Assembly: GCA_938031185.1 (NCBI GenBank)
Contig: CALHGX010000009.1
Location: forward strand, 106,837-170,836
Length of the DNA: 64,000 nucleotides
Direction: 5' to 3'
From: an uncultured bacterium
GTDB taxonomy: Bacteria; Verrucomicrobiota; Kiritimatiellia; CAIKKV01; CALHGX01
A program made the translations under genes and the position numbers. How positions within the stretch are numbered: the stretch's first letter is position 1; each line of letters starts with the position of its first letter. The notes beneath the pieces are model-generated. The model had not been told where the DNA came from, did not search any database, and saw nothing but the letters and a program-made list of their open reading frames with translations. Positions 17,707-27,791 of this stretch are shown here, piece by piece.

Positions 17707-19934
17707 GCCATGTTATTCTGGCCGCGCGCCCAGGCGCGAATCTCGTCGGAAAGCCCCTCCACCCGCCGCACGCGACACTTTCGCTCGCCCGCCTCTCCCG
17801 GCAGGATCACTTCATCCCCCTGCCGCCGTCCGGTCAGTCGCCGTCCCACTTCACTCTCACAGGAAACAATATGCCGCTCGGGATCCTGATCCCAAACGCC
17901 GAGAATCACGTACACTTCTGACTGGCCGTCGGCCCCCTCCACCGTTACGGTCGTTCCCATGCCGGCCGTTTCGGTGTGGTCCCGCTCGAAATCCGTGCCG
18001 CGAACCGTTTTGAGCGCCTCCTCCAACTCTTCCTGGCGGCGCATCAGAATCCGCTGCATGTCCTTCGCCGCCTTGTATTCGAAATTTTCGCTCAAATCCC
18101 CATAGCTGCGGGCATGCGCGATGTCACGACTGTTCTGCGGAATTTCCTCATTCACCAGCCGCTCCAGTTGGCGCTGTTTTTCCCGATACGTTCGCCATGA
18201 CGTAAATCGTACCGCCGCCGCATCGTCCGCCCCCGACGCGTCCTCGAGCAAACGGCTCAGTTCCGGGCATAGCGCCACCATTCTACCCGTGAGCGTCTGG
18301 GCGTCGAGTGCGAGACGTCCCGCCTTCTGCCGAACCCGCCGCAGCATTTCCTCGCGCTGCAATGGCGTCAGCAACGGCAACACCGCCTGAAGCCAGTCGC
18401 GCTGCACGCACAGCTCCGCCAACTGGTTGGCCGCGCGGAGCCGGTCGCCCGAAAAACTGCCTTCCAGACAGTCCAAGACGAGAAAAGGCAAGTCGGCGGG
18501 AGTACCCACCCCCTGTTCCGTGATCGCCGCAGGCCGCCGCGCCAGACTGTAAAGCATTTCCACCGTCGGCCGACGCGCCGCCCAGTGCTCCCGAATCACC
18601 TTCCAGCAACGCTCGCCCTGCCCGGCGCGTTCCGCAAACTCCATGAGTTCGTTGTAAAGCGTCATGTTCGCCAGTGGCAGCGTGCCGGCCACCGCGGACA
18701 TGGCCGCCTCAGCATCCGAGCGGAACAATAGTTCCAAGAATCTCCGAAATCGCCGTGGGGCCAGCTCGCGGCCCGCTGCGGCTAGCGTACCCGGGTCGAA
18801 AAAACGCCGGAGCCGCTCGCTCCCGGCGGAAACATCGTCCGCCACGCCCCATTGATAGACCTGCAGCAGCCCCCGAGCCGTCCACCCCAGGTCACGCTCG
18901 CTTGCCGAGAGCACATATGTCAGCCGCCGTGCGATGGTCGCCCGCTCCGCGTCGCCGAGGGCGTCCGGGGCCACCGCCGCCTCCAGCGTCTCCAGCCGTT
19001 CAAGGACCCGCTCCGGCAGCCGTTCCGCCGCCAGGGCCGAAAACCATTCGGCGTCAAACCCCGGTGCCTTTGCGAGCAATTCCACGGCATCGGAGCGCCG
19101 GGCCGGAATCCGTACCAGAGGATCGTTTTTCAGCGCCTTCCGCGCTGCATCCCAGAAACGCTTCCACTCGTCCGGCTTGACGATGCCCTCGCACAACAAC
19201 TCCTGCAACCGGGGCACGGACATTGCGCCAAAACTGCGCAACGCGAGTTTGACGATTTCGTCCGGACGGTCCCTGACCAGCGCGGTTAGGGACTCCGGAT
19301 CCTTGTGCCAGCGAACGCAAAAGTGATCCTCGCTCACGGGGTGGAGCGACTCCAACGCATACGCGAAGGCCATCTCATGCCCCTTCTTCCGGCTGAAATC
19401 CACCGTCACGCGCTCATAGTAGTGGTCCACCTCGCGAACCACTCCAAAACCCCACGTCTTCTCCAGGAAAAACATACCCGGCGCCAGCCTCCGCAAGAAC
19501 ATCAGTCGATGCAGGCATTCCTTCAAGGGACGCCCCGTCTCAAAGCCGGCGTGCCCCAGATGTTTCCGGCCAACGACATCCTTCCGGAAAGCCGCTTGCA
19601 ACACCGTCTCACAATGGGCTCGAAATGCTCGATCGTCCGCCAAGCGGTCGGCCCGACGCAGGAGCAGGCGCAACAAATCGTCACCCCGGCCTCGCTCCGC
19701 CAATGCATCCTCCACCAACGCAGAAAGGCTGTCCGCCTCCTCCGGCTTTCCGGCCTCCGCCAATGCCGCCAAGTCCTCTTCAACCGCCTCAATGGGAAGC
19801 GTTCCCTGCTCCATCCGTTCCAACAGGCGCTGTTCAATATCCTGGATTGATGGGGTTTCCATATCCTCCTCGCCGCCAATCTCGCCCACACACCTTCCCT
19901 TGCGATCTTTCGACTCGACACAGCAATCTGCCAT
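17703..19934 (-). CDS. Large protein with a C-terminal GreA/GreB-like transcript-cleavage-factor domain (GreA/GreB family fusion)
   Basis: The C-terminal ~150 aa (ARSYGDLSENFEYKAAKDMQRILMRRQEELEEAL...VYVILGVWDQDPE...) resemble the GreA coiled-coil tip plus FKBP-like domain. The N-terminal ~590 aa are helical with no recognised domain. Confidence 0.65.
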   Translation of the reverse strand: MADCCVESKDRKGRCVGEIGGEEDMETPSIQDIEQRLLERMEQGTLPIEAVEEDLAALAEAGKPEEADSLSALVEDALAERGRGDDLLRLLLRRADRLADDRAFRAHCETVLQAAFRKDVVGRKHLGHAGFETGRPLKECLHRLMFLRRLAPGMFFLEKTWGFGVVREVDHYYERVTVDFSRKKGHEMAFAYALESLHPVSEDHFCVRWHKDPESLTALVRDRPDEIVKLALRSFGAMSVPRLQELLCEGIVKPDEWKRFWDAARKALKNDPLVRIPARRSDAVELLAKAPGFDAEWFSALAAERLPERVLERLETLEAAVAPDALGDAERATIARRLTYVLSASERDLGWTARGLLQVYQWGVADDVSAGSERLRRFFDPGTLAAAGRELAPRRFRRFLELLFRSDAEAAMSAVAGTLPLANMTLYNELMEFAERAGQGERCWKVIREHWAARRPTVEMLYSLARRPAAITEQGVGTPADLPFLVLDCLEGSFSGDRLRAANQLAELCVQRDWLQAVLPLLTPLQREEMLRRVRQKAGRLALDAQTLTGRMVALCPELSRLLEDASGADDAAAVRFTSWRTYREKQRQLERLVNEEIPQNSRDIAHARSYGDLSENFEYKAAKDMQRILMRRQEELEEALKTVRGTDFERDHTETAGMGTTVTVEGADGQSEVYVILGVWDQDPERHIVSCESEVGRRLTGRRQGDEVILPGEAGERKCRVRRVEGLSDEIRAWARGQNNMA

Positions 19935-19969
19935 AAAGGATAATCATCGCAAAACAAAAAGGAGATGGC

Positions 19970-20551
19970 ATGAAAACGAATTTGACCGTGCTCTATTTCT
20001 CCGGCACCGGCCACACGGCCAAGATGGCAGAGGCAGTACACAGAGGCGCAGCCGCGGTGCAGGACGTGGCGGCAGCCCTCATTGGACTTCGCAATGAAGA
20101 CATCGTAGCCGGCCGATGGAAAAACGACGAAACCTTGGCCCGACTCGATGCGTCGGATGCCGTCATTTTCGGCACCCCCACCTACATGGGCGGACCGGCA
20201 TCACAATTCAAAGCTTTCGCCGACGCCACCAGCGAGCGATGGTTTCAACGGGCCTGGCTCAACAAACTGGCCGCCGGTTTCACGGTCTCGGGCGGACCCA
20301 GCGGAGACAAGTTCAACACGCTGGTCTATCTGTTCACTTTTGCCATGCAACATGGCATGGTTTGGGTCGGGCTCGGTGAAACGCCTTTCAATGACCAGGG
20401 CATCAACCGCCTCGGCGCCTACGGCGGCGCCATGGGGCAGGCTTTGATGGAGCCGCCGGAGGAAGCGCCCAACGCCGCCGACAAATTGACGGGCGAAATG
20501 CTGGGAAAGCGTGTGGCCGAGGTCGCGGTGCGATGGCGCCGCGGGGCGTAA
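19970..20551 (+). CDS. Flavodoxin-like NAD(P)H:quinone oxidoreductase (WrbA family)
   Basis: LYFSGTGHTAKMAEAV...DAVIFGTPTYMGGPASQFKAF is the flavodoxin-like fold. An AAGGAGA RBS lies upstream. Confidence 0.8.
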   Translation: MKTNLTVLYFSGTGHTAKMAEAVHRGAAAVQDVAAALIGLRNEDIVAGRWKNDETLARLDASDAVIFGTPTYMGGPASQFKAFADATSERWFQRAWLNKLAAGFTVSGGPSGDKFNTLVYLFTFAMQHGMVWVGLGETPFNDQGINRLGAYGGAMGQALMEPPEEAPNAADKLTGEMLGKRVAEVAVRWRRGA

Positions 20552-20589
20552 TTCCCTAAACCGCAAGACGAGCTAGTCGGCGTCGCCTC

Positions 20590-21525
20590 ATGTTCGCATC
20601 CACGCAGGCGCTATTGGTCCTTTTCCTGCTGTGCACCCTCGGGTGGTTCTTGCGAAGGCGCGGCGTTCTAACCCCCGCCGCGCTGCCGGCATTGAGCCTG
20701 ATCGCGCTGGACGTTGCCCTGCCCGCCCTCGTCTTCGTCACGATGTTGGATCAGTTTCGTGGCGCCGATGCCCGCGGGTGGTATTTCTTTCCCGCGGCAT
20801 GGGCTGGTTTCATGGTGATATCGTTCGCCTTGAGTTGGGCTTTCGCCCCGCTCGCTCGTCCTCCCGTGCGCAGGGAGTTCCGGTTCTGTCTTTTCTATCA
20901 CAACGCCATCTTTTTCCCCCTTGCCGTCCTGAGCGAGATGTTCGGCGCAGGGGCAAGGCCGGTCGCGGAACTCTTCCTGATGACGTTTCTCTTTCCAGCA
21001 TTCTTCTTCAACACATACAGCGCCTTCCTGCGAGCCGAATGGCGTGTGGACTGGCGCCGCACGGCGCACCCCGTGCTGTTCACCACGCTGGCCGCTGTGG
21101 CGCTGGCCGTCACGGATTCCCACGCGGCCATTCCCCGCGTTATCCTGAATGCAGCCCGGCAGCTCGGGGCGGTATCCGTGCCGCTCCTCATGTTGCTCGT
21201 CGGCGCCCGATTGCGGGAGGATTTCGAGCACCGCGGACCCGTCTACTGGCGCGAGATCGCTCGCTTTGTGCTGCTCAAGAATCTCCTTATCCCTCTGTTC
21301 TTCTTCATTCTTCTGCCCCGCCTGCCGCTGTGGCCCTCACTGCGTTTTCTTCTCCTCCTTCAGGCGGCCATGCCGCCGGTGACCGCCGCGCCGATTGTGA
21401 TCGAACGCGAGGGCGGCCAGGCCTCGTTTGCAGGTCAGTTGCTTGTGAGCAGCTACGTGGTCTCCGTGGCGACGATTCCACTTTTCATCTGGGCGCACAG
21501 CGCTTTCTGGACGCCATGCGGGTGA
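20590..21525 (+). CDS. AEC (auxin efflux carrier) family membrane transporter
   Basis: About 10 predicted TM helices in a 311 aa hydrophobic profile, typical of AEC/malate permease proteins. Confidence 0.75.
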   Translation: MFASTQALLVLFLLCTLGWFLRRRGVLTPAALPALSLIALDVALPALVFVTMLDQFRGADARGWYFFPAAWAGFMVISFALSWAFAPLARPPVRREFRFCLFYHNAIFFPLAVLSEMFGAGARPVAELFLMTFLFPAFFFNTYSAFLRAEWRVDWRRTAHPVLFTTLAAVALAVTDSHAAIPRVILNAARQLGAVSVPLLMLLVGARLREDFEHRGPVYWREIARFVLLKNLLIPLFFFILLPRLPLWPSLRFLLLLQAAMPPVTAAPIVIEREGGQASFAGQLLVSSYVVSVATIPLFIWAHSAFWTPCG

Positions 21526-21635
21526 CCTTCCAACAGCCGGCCGTCCTTTCGGCCCGCCGGCCCGCAGGGTGGCGTCTGGGGCTTTGCTGCGTGTTTGTCT
21601 CCGCCCCCATTCGCTTTCGCGTAACAACGGCCGCC

Positions 21636-22514
21636 ATGTTGGCCCGATTGCCCCGGCGTCAACGGCTCCAGCGCCTTTCCGACCTTTGCCTCGCAAACGC
21701 CCATGCGCTGGCCGAAGCCTTGCAGTTCTGTTCCGTGCACGGCATCGGGGCTTTTCGCATCAACAGCCGAATTCTGCCCCTCAAGACGCATCCCGTCATG
21801 GGTTACGAGATCGCCGCTCTGCCGAAAGCCGACGAAATACTCGCTGCATTCAAAGCGTGCGGCCAATGGCGCGCTCGCCACCAACTGCGGTTGCTGTTTC
21901 ATCCGGATCAGTTCATCGTGCTGGGCGCGCCTGATGAAGTCGTGGCGCAGTCGGCTTTGCGCGAACTGGTTTATCAAGCCGAAGTGGCCTCCTGGGTAGG
22001 CGCGGATGTCGTCAATCTCCATGCCGGTGGCCTCTATGGAGATAAAACCGCCACACTGGCCCGATTGGCTCGCCGTATCGAACGGCTTCCCGCATCCGTG
22101 CGCCGCTTGCTCACGCTTGAGAATGACGACCGCTGTTATGCGCCCTCAGACCTCTTGCCCCTCTGTCAACAGACCGGCGTCCCCTTGGTCTATGATGTCC
22201 ATCACCATCGCTGCCGGCCCGACGGCTGTTCGGTTGAGGATGTCACCGAAGCCGCCCTCCGGACGTGGAATCGCGAACCCGTTTTTCATCTGTCAAGTCC
22301 ACGCGAGGGCTGGCAAGGCCCCAATCCAAGACCGCACGCCGACTACATTGATCCCGACGATATCCCCGCCTGCTGGCGCGGCCGTTCCGTCACGGTGGAA
22401 ATTGAGGCCAAGGCCAAAGAATTGGCGTTGGAGCGCTTGCGGCACGATCTTGAGGCGCTCGCGCCGGCAGCCGCTCCGAGTCATAAAATCAGCATGCAGT
22501 CGCCGAAGCTGTAG
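21636..22514 (+). CDS. uvsE: UV damage endonuclease (UVDE/UvsE)
   Basis: In-frame ATG at 21636 inside the long read-through ORF 20631..22514. Sequence ...HGIGAFRINSRILPLKTHP...LRLLFHPDQFIVL...VVNLHAGG...TLENDDRCY matches UvsE. Confidence 0.8.
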   Translation: MLARLPRRQRLQRLSDLCLANAHALAEALQFCSVHGIGAFRINSRILPLKTHPVMGYEIAALPKADEILAAFKACGQWRARHQLRLLFHPDQFIVLGAPDEVVAQSALRELVYQAEVASWVGADVVNLHAGGLYGDKTATLARLARRIERLPASVRRLLTLENDDRCYAPSDLLPLCQQTGVPLVYDVHHHRCRPDGCSVEDVTEAALRTWNREPVFHLSSPREGWQGPNPRPHADYIDPDDIPACWRGRSVTVEIEAKAKELALERLRHDLEALAPAAAPSHKISMQSPKL

Positions 22515-23530
22515 AAACGATACCGCTCCCGAATCGCTTCGGCATAGCATCGCCGCACCAATTCATGCCCCGCCATCGCGCTGATCATCATCAGCAGCGT
22601 CGAGCGAGGCAGATGAAAATTGGTGAGCATCGCATCCACGGCACGAAAACGAAACGGCGGACGAATAAACAACGCGCTGCGTCCGGTTTCGGCCCGCACC
22701 ATGCCGTTTTCATCCACAGCGGTCTCCAGAGCCCGGACCACGGTGCTGCCCACGGCCACGATCCGCCCCCCGGCTGCCCGGGTTTCCCGGATCGCACGCG
22801 CGGTTGCTTCCGGCACCACGTATCGCTCCGATTCCATGATGTGCTGTTCAATGTCGTCCGCCTTGACAGGCTTGAACGTCCCCGGCCCGACGTGCAAAGT
22901 GATAGCCACGCACCCTATGCCACGGCCCTCCAAGCTGCTCAACAACTCGCGGGTAAAATGGAGACCCGCCGTCGGCGCGGCTACCGCGCCCGGCTCCCGA
23001 GCGTATACCGTCTGATAGCGTGCCCGATCCTCGGCTTCGACCCGCGCTTGTTTACCCTTGCCCCGGCGAATATAGGGCGGCAGTGGCGTTGACCCCCGCG
23101 CTTCCAGGAAATCCAGCACCGATTGATTCAGCGGCCATTCCAGCAGTAGGCGTCCTCCTGAAACCCATTCGGCCACGCGAACACGAAGGCGGCCTTCCGC
23201 CAGAATCAGTACGCTTCCCGGCTTGGGGCGGCGCGCTCCGCCATACATCGCCTCCCACAGCCCGGGACGTCGTTCCTCCAGCATAAGTAGCTCGACCCGT
23301 CCCCCTGTGGCCTCCTTGCGGCCTTCCAAGCGAGCCGGTATCACCCGAGTGTCATTCACCACCAGCAAATCGGGCGCCCGCAACACTTCAGACAGGTCGG
23401 CCACGCGCCCGTGCCGCCACACGCCCGTTGCCCGGTCCACGATCATCATCCGGGCCTGGCTGCGCTCCTGCAGCGGATGCTGGGCAATCAATTCGGGCGG
23501 CAGATCATAGTCGAAATCGCTGGTCTTCAA
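22481..23530 (-). CDS. queA: S-adenosylmethionine:tRNA ribosyltransferase-isomerase
   Basis: Probable TTG start giving LKTSDFDYDLPPELIAQHP, plus GTFKPV and HFTRELL motifs. The first upstream ATG in this frame is at 23611. Confidence 0.9.
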   Translation of the reverse strand: MKTSDFDYDLPPELIAQHPLQERSQARMMIVDRATGVWRHGRVADLSEVLRAPDLLVVNDTRVIPARLEGRKEATGGRVELLMLEERRPGLWEAMYGGARRPKPGSVLILAEGRLRVRVAEWVSGGRLLLEWPLNQSVLDFLEARGSTPLPPYIRRGKGKQARVEAEDRARYQTVYAREPGAVAAPTAGLHFTRELLSSLEGRGIGCVAITLHVGPGTFKPVKADDIEQHIMESERYVVPEATARAIRETRAAGGRIVAVGSTVVRALETAVDENGMVRAETGRSALFIRPPFRFRAVDAMLTNFHLPRSTLLMMISAMAGHELVRRCYAEAIRERYRFYSFGDCMLIL

Positions 23531-23535
23531 TCCGC

Positions 23536-23952
23536 CTACTCCCCGATAATCTTGACCAGCACCCGCTTGCGCCGCATGCCGTCGAATTCTCCGTAAAAAA
23601 TTTGCTCCCACGGTCCGAAATCCAGTTGGCCGTGGGTGACCGCCACCACCACCTCCCGCCCCATGACGCTGCGTTTCAAGTGCGCGTCCGCATTATCCTC
23701 GCCCTGATTGTGGGCGTACTGCGAATGGGGATGTTCGGGCGCCAGCCGTTCCAGCCACTGTTCGAGGTCGGCGTGCAACCCATCCTCGTCGTCGTTGATG
23801 AACACGCTGGCCGTGATGTGCATGGCGTTGACCAGCGCCAACCCCTCCCGTATGCCGCTCTCGCGGAGACACGCTTCCACCTGCGGCGTAATGTTGAGGA
23901 ACCCCCGCCTTGTCGGCAACTGAAACCACAGTTCTTTGCGATAGTGTTTCAT
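23536..23952 (-). CDS. YjbQ/UPF0047 family protein (secondary thiamine-phosphate synthase-like)
   Basis: 138 aa. [27 protein letters not shown]...[18 protein letters not shown]. Confidence 0.8.
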   Translation of the reverse strand: MKHYRKELWFQLPTRRGFLNITPQVEACLRESGIREGLALVNAMHITASVFINDDEDGLHADLEQWLERLAPEHPHSQYAHNQGEDNADAHLKRSVMGREVVVAVTHGQLDFGPWEQIFYGEFDGMRRKRVLVKIIGE

Positions 23953-23997
23953 CCGCTCCTCGACACCGGCCAGCTCTGCTGGTAGACTCCCAACATC

Positions 23998-24675
23998 ATG
24001 TCATCCCGCATGGTGCTGCCCTCGCTGGCTATTATAATTGCCCTCGCCACACTGGCAACGCTGGCGATGACGACCATATCATGGCTCTTGCCTGAACTGC
24101 TATATCAGCGTCATCGGGGCATGATCGAACCGATCGCCGCCCGTTACGACGTGCCGTCTCGGCTCGTGGGTGCCTTGATCTGGCAGGAAAGCCGCTACCG
24201 CGCCGATTCCGTCGGCCATTCGGGAGAAATCGGTCTGATGCAAGTGACGGTCGGCGCCGCCGACGAGTGGGCCCGACATGAGCGGATCCATTCGTCACTT
24301 TCGCCGGCTCTGCTGGATCCCGTCACCAACCTGATGGCCGGAACATGGTACCTGTCCCGCGCCCTCCGCTATTGGTCTGGTCATCCGGAGGCGCCGGCTA
24401 TTGCCCTGGCTGAGTACAATGCCGGCCGCGCCAACGCCCGCCGCTGGGCGGAGGCGGCCGACACCAAGCCCGATGCTTTCGTCCGCGCCATCACGTACCC
24501 CGCAACGCGCCAGTATGTCCGCGAGGTGCTGCAGAGATATCGCGCCCCGCTCCAAACGCGCCGGCCGTTTCGCCTCAGACGAACGCTGGCCCCGCCATCT
24601 CCATCCGTCCCCGCGAACAGCGCAGCAATCACTCCAACCGCTTTTCTCCGTGCAAACACGCTCAACTGTTGCTAA
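23998..24675 (+). CDS. Lytic transglycosylase (SLT domain) with an N-terminal signal/TM
   Basis: [25 protein letters not shown]...[13 protein letters not shown] are SLT catalytic motifs. Confidence 0.75.
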   Translation: MSSRMVLPSLAIIIALATLATLAMTTISWLLPELLYQRHRGMIEPIAARYDVPSRLVGALIWQESRYRADSVGHSGEIGLMQVTVGAADEWARHERIHSSLSPALLDPVTNLMAGTWYLSRALRYWSGHPEAPAIALAEYNAGRANARRWAEAADTKPDAFVRAITYPATRQYVREVLQRYRAPLQTRRPFRLRRTLAPPSPSVPANSAAITPTAFLRANTLNCC

Positions 24676-24692
24676 CAATCTTCGGGCCAACC

Positions 24693-25697
24693 ATGAAGAC
24701 GCATTCTGCCACACCGCCGTTCTTGTCCGTCGTTGCCCCGGTTTTCAACGAGGGTGAGTCCGTTGCGCCGCTGGTGGCCCGCCTGCACGAAACGCTCTCG
24801 ACCCTCAACCGCCCTTATGAGGTTGTGCTCGTGGATGACGGCAGCACGGACGGCACGTGGGAGCAGATGAAGCGGGCCGCCGAGATGTATCCCGCGATCC
24901 GATTGATCAGGCTGCGTCGAAATTTCGGTCAAACCGCCGCCATGAGCGCGGGCTTCCATGAAGCGCGCGGAGAGATTATCGTCACGCTCGACGCCGACCT
25001 GCAGAATGATCCGGCGGACATTCCCATCCTGCTGGCGGAAATGGAGCGCGGATACGATGTGGTCAGCGGATGGCGGCAGGATCGGCAGGATCCGTTCTTC
25101 TCCCGCCGTCTGCCTTCGATCATCGCTAACGCCTTGATCAGTCGCTTCACGGGCGTCTCGCTGCACGACTACGGCTGTACCCTCAAGGCCTATCGCAGCG
25201 AGATCGTGCGCGACATACACCTGTATGGGGAAATGCACCGCTTCATCCCGGCCCTTGCGAGCTGGGTCGGTGGCCGGATCAGCGAAGTGCCCGTGCGGCA
25301 TGCGCCCCGCCGGTTCGGCGTCTCCAAGTACGGCATGGGGCGCACCATCCGGGTCGTGCTCGACTTGATGACTGTCAAATTTCTGCTGCGTTACAGTACC
25401 CGACCTATTCATGTTTTTGGCCGCTGGGGCCTTTTCTGCGGCACGCTGGGGCTGGGTTTGTTGGTCTTTATGACGGCGGCTAACCTCTCCTACCGGATCT
25501 GGGGCACACGACTGGCAGCCGAGCTGATCAAACGCCCGTTCTGGGTCATGACGGCCTTCATGCTGGTTTTTTTCGGCATGCAGTTCATTTCCATGGGCCT
25601 GCTGGCTGAACTCCAAATTCGCACGTACCATGAGGCCCAGCGAAAGCCCATTTATGTGATTCGCGAAGTCTTTGAGTCCCCCTCGACTGCCATCTGA
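24693..25697 (+). CDS. GT2 family glycosyltransferase (polyprenyl-phosphate sugar transferase, ArnC/DPM1-like) with C-terminal TM helices
   Basis: LSVVAPVFNEGESV...VVLVDDGSTDGT...TLDADLQNDP (DxD) followed by two C-terminal TM segments. Confidence 0.85.
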   Translation: MKTHSATPPFLSVVAPVFNEGESVAPLVARLHETLSTLNRPYEVVLVDDGSTDGTWEQMKRAAEMYPAIRLIRLRRNFGQTAAMSAGFHEARGEIIVTLDADLQNDPADIPILLAEMERGYDVVSGWRQDRQDPFFSRRLPSIIANALISRFTGVSLHDYGCTLKAYRSEIVRDIHLYGEMHRFIPALASWVGGRISEVPVRHAPRRFGVSKYGMGRTIRVVLDLMTVKFLLRYSTRPIHVFGRWGLFCGTLGLGLLVFMTAANLSYRIWGTRLAAELIKRPFWVMTAFMLVFFGMQFISMGLLAELQIRTYHEAQRKPIYVIREVFESPSTAI

Positions 25698-25709
25698 TTT
25701 CTCTGGAAC

Positions 25710-26588
25710 ATGCTTGGCCTCGGATTCATCCTTCCCCCCGATCAGGCCGGCCGCGTCATGTTGGTCGGCGTTCTATATGCCATCCTGTTGGTCCTCGGCG
25801 TATGGGCCGCTTGGCAGCTGGGTTGGCGCCTGCTGAGCAACCCCGCGGCCTGGCACACCGCCGTGGAACGTTTGCGCGCCCGCCCATGGAATGGGCCGCG
25901 TGCCGGCGCCGTGCTTCTGATTCTGCTCACTACGCAAGGCCTTTTTCTCCTTGTCGGCCGCAAGCTCGCGCCGGCCGGCGGGCCGGAGGCCGGCGCGCCA
26001 GGCCTCCACCTCCTCGTCATGGAAAGCCTCGTGGTGCATCTGGGTGGATTGTTCCTGCTCGGGATGCTGCTGAGGCGCCTTCGCCTTGGATGGTCCGCTG
26101 CCTTCGGGATGGAGCGCAACGGCCTCGTGCGGCGGCTGGGCGGCGGCTCGCTCGCCTACCTCGCTTCGCTGCCAATGGTGTTTGCCGCCGCGCTGGTCTA
26201 CCAAGCCATTCTCCTTGCCCATGGGCATGAACCGGCCCTGCAGGACGTCGCCCGGCTGATGGCTTCCACCCAAAACCTCTGGTTTCGCCTCTACATGTTC
26301 TTTCTAGCCGCCTTCCTCGCGCCGCTTTTTGAAGAATGTGTTTTCCGCGGCGTGCTCCTTCCCGCGCTGGCTCGCGGCCTCGGCACGGGACCGGCCGTAT
26401 TCCTGACATCGGCGCTCTTCGCCGCCCTCCACTTTCACCTGCCCGCCTTCGCGCCCCTCGCCACCGTCGCTGTCGTCTTCTCTCTCGCCTACGTGTATAC
26501 GGGGTCCCTTTGGGTGCCCGTCGCAATGCACGGCCTTTTCAACGGCGTAAATCTGCTCTTCCTGTTCCTGGTCGGCCCGTTGCCATGA
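25710..26588 (+). CDS. CPBP family intramembrane glutamic endopeptidase (CAAX protease-like)
   Basis: Polytopic membrane protein with EECVFRG, FAALHF and HGLFN motifs. Confidence 0.75.
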   Translation: MLGLGFILPPDQAGRVMLVGVLYAILLVLGVWAAWQLGWRLLSNPAAWHTAVERLRARPWNGPRAGAVLLILLTTQGLFLLVGRKLAPAGGPEAGAPGLHLLVMESLVVHLGGLFLLGMLLRRLRLGWSAAFGMERNGLVRRLGGGSLAYLASLPMVFAAALVYQAILLAHGHEPALQDVARLMASTQNLWFRLYMFFLAAFLAPLFEECVFRGVLLPALARGLGTGPAVFLTSALFAALHFHLPAFAPLATVAVVFSLAYVYTGSLWVPVAMHGLFNGVNLLFLFLVGPLP

Positions 26589-26609
26589 ACGAACGATGGA
26601 ACCGTTCCC

Positions 26610-27791
26610 ATGCTTCACATCCGAACCATAAGATGGGTGCCGCAAAGCAACGAGGGCCTCATCCCCGGACAGATTGAATTCATTGACCAGACCCGCTTGC
26701 CGCTTGCGCTGCGCAAGGTGCGCACAGCCGATCCGGACGTGATCTTCAGGGCCATACGCGCCCTTCAAGTGCGCGGGGCGCCCGCCATCGGCGTGGCAGC
26801 CGCCATGGGGGTCGCCGCCGCTGCGCAGCGGGTCCGATCGAAGAGCGGTAACGCGGTGGCCGAAGCGGCCTGTCAAGCCGCCCGTCGTCTGGCGACCGCC
26901 CGCCCTACGGCCGTCAATCTGTTTCAGGCGCTCGACCGCATGCGGCGCACAGCCCGACGTTATCGGCGCCTGCCACCAGACCAGTTGAAGGAACTTCTCG
27001 CCAGTGAAGCCGTGGCTATTTGGCAGGAAGACCGTGATATGTGCCGCAGAATCGGCGAGAGCGGTTTCCCGTTGATTCGCAACGCGCGCCGGGTGCTGAC
27101 GCACTGCAATGCCGGCGCCTTGGCCACGGCCGGGCTTGGCACCGCCTTGTCGCCGCTTTACGTCGCCCGAGAGCAAGGGTGCCGAATCCATGTTTACGTG
27201 GACGAGACGAGGCCCCTGCTCCAAGGCGCCCGTCTGACGGCATGGGAACTGACTCGAGCCGACATTGAGGTTACGGTGATTTGCGACAATATGGCCGCAT
27301 GGCTCATGCAACGGGGGCAGATTGATGCGGTCCTGGTCGGAGCGGATCGCATCGCCCGTAACGGAGACACCGCCAACAAAATCGGAACCTACGGGCTGGC
27401 CGTGTTGGCCCACTTCCATGGAATTCCCTTCTACGTGCTGGCACCAAGCACCACCGTGGATTTTTCGGCAAGGGCGGGACGTGACATCCCCATCGAAGAG
27501 CGCGGATCGGAAGAGGTTTCCATGATGGCCGGTCGCCGATTGATCCCCCGTGCGGCCACAGCCATCTCCCCGGCCTTCGACGTGACGCCCGCCCGTCTTA
27601 TTACGGCCGTTGTCTGCGAACGCGGCGTTCTCAAACCGCCATATACGCGTTCCTTGAGCCGTGCGCTGGAAAAACGGGAGCGACAGCAAAAAAACTGTAG
27701 TCCTTCTTTGGCGGGCGGCCCCCTCCCGAGAGACAGGCCCAAAGCGCCCGATCAACGGCCGGGCCACCAGGTCATGCCGTTGCAGGACTGA
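26610..27791 (+). CDS. mtnA: S-methyl-5-thioribose-1-phosphate isomerase (eIF-2B alpha/beta/delta family)
   Basis: LQVRGAPAIGVAAAMGVA...TVNLFQAL...THCNAGALAT...VGADRIARNGDTANKIGTY. Confidence 0.8.
   Translation: MLHIRTIRWVPQSNEGLIPGQIEFIDQTRLPLALRKVRTADPDVIFRAIRALQVRGAPAIGVAAAMGVAAAAQRVRSKSGNAVAEAACQAARRLATARPTAVNLFQALDRMRRTARRYRRLPPDQLKELLASEAVAIWQEDRDMCRRIGESGFPLIRNARRVLTHCNAGALATAGLGTALSPLYVAREQGCRIHVYVDETRPLLQGARLTAWELTRADIEVTVICDNMAAWLMQRGQIDAVLVGADRIARNGDTANKIGTYGLAVLAHFHGIPFYVLAPSTTVDFSARAGRDIPIEERGSEEVSMMAGRRLIPRAATAISPAFDVTPARLITAVVCERGVLKPPYTRSLSRALEKRERQQKNCSPSLAGGPLPRDRPKAPDQRPGHQVMPLQD

Noticed and set aside
20631-22514. 627-aa ORF spanning the AEC transporter region and uvsE
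   Set aside because: The 5' two-thirds is an alternate frame over the AEC transporter gene and is Arg/Pro-rich. Only the part from the ATG at 21636 matches UvsE.
26304-27767. 487-aa minus-strand ORF
   Set aside because: It is antisense to mtnA, whose eIF-2B family motifs are unambiguous. It is Gly/Arg-rich low complexity.
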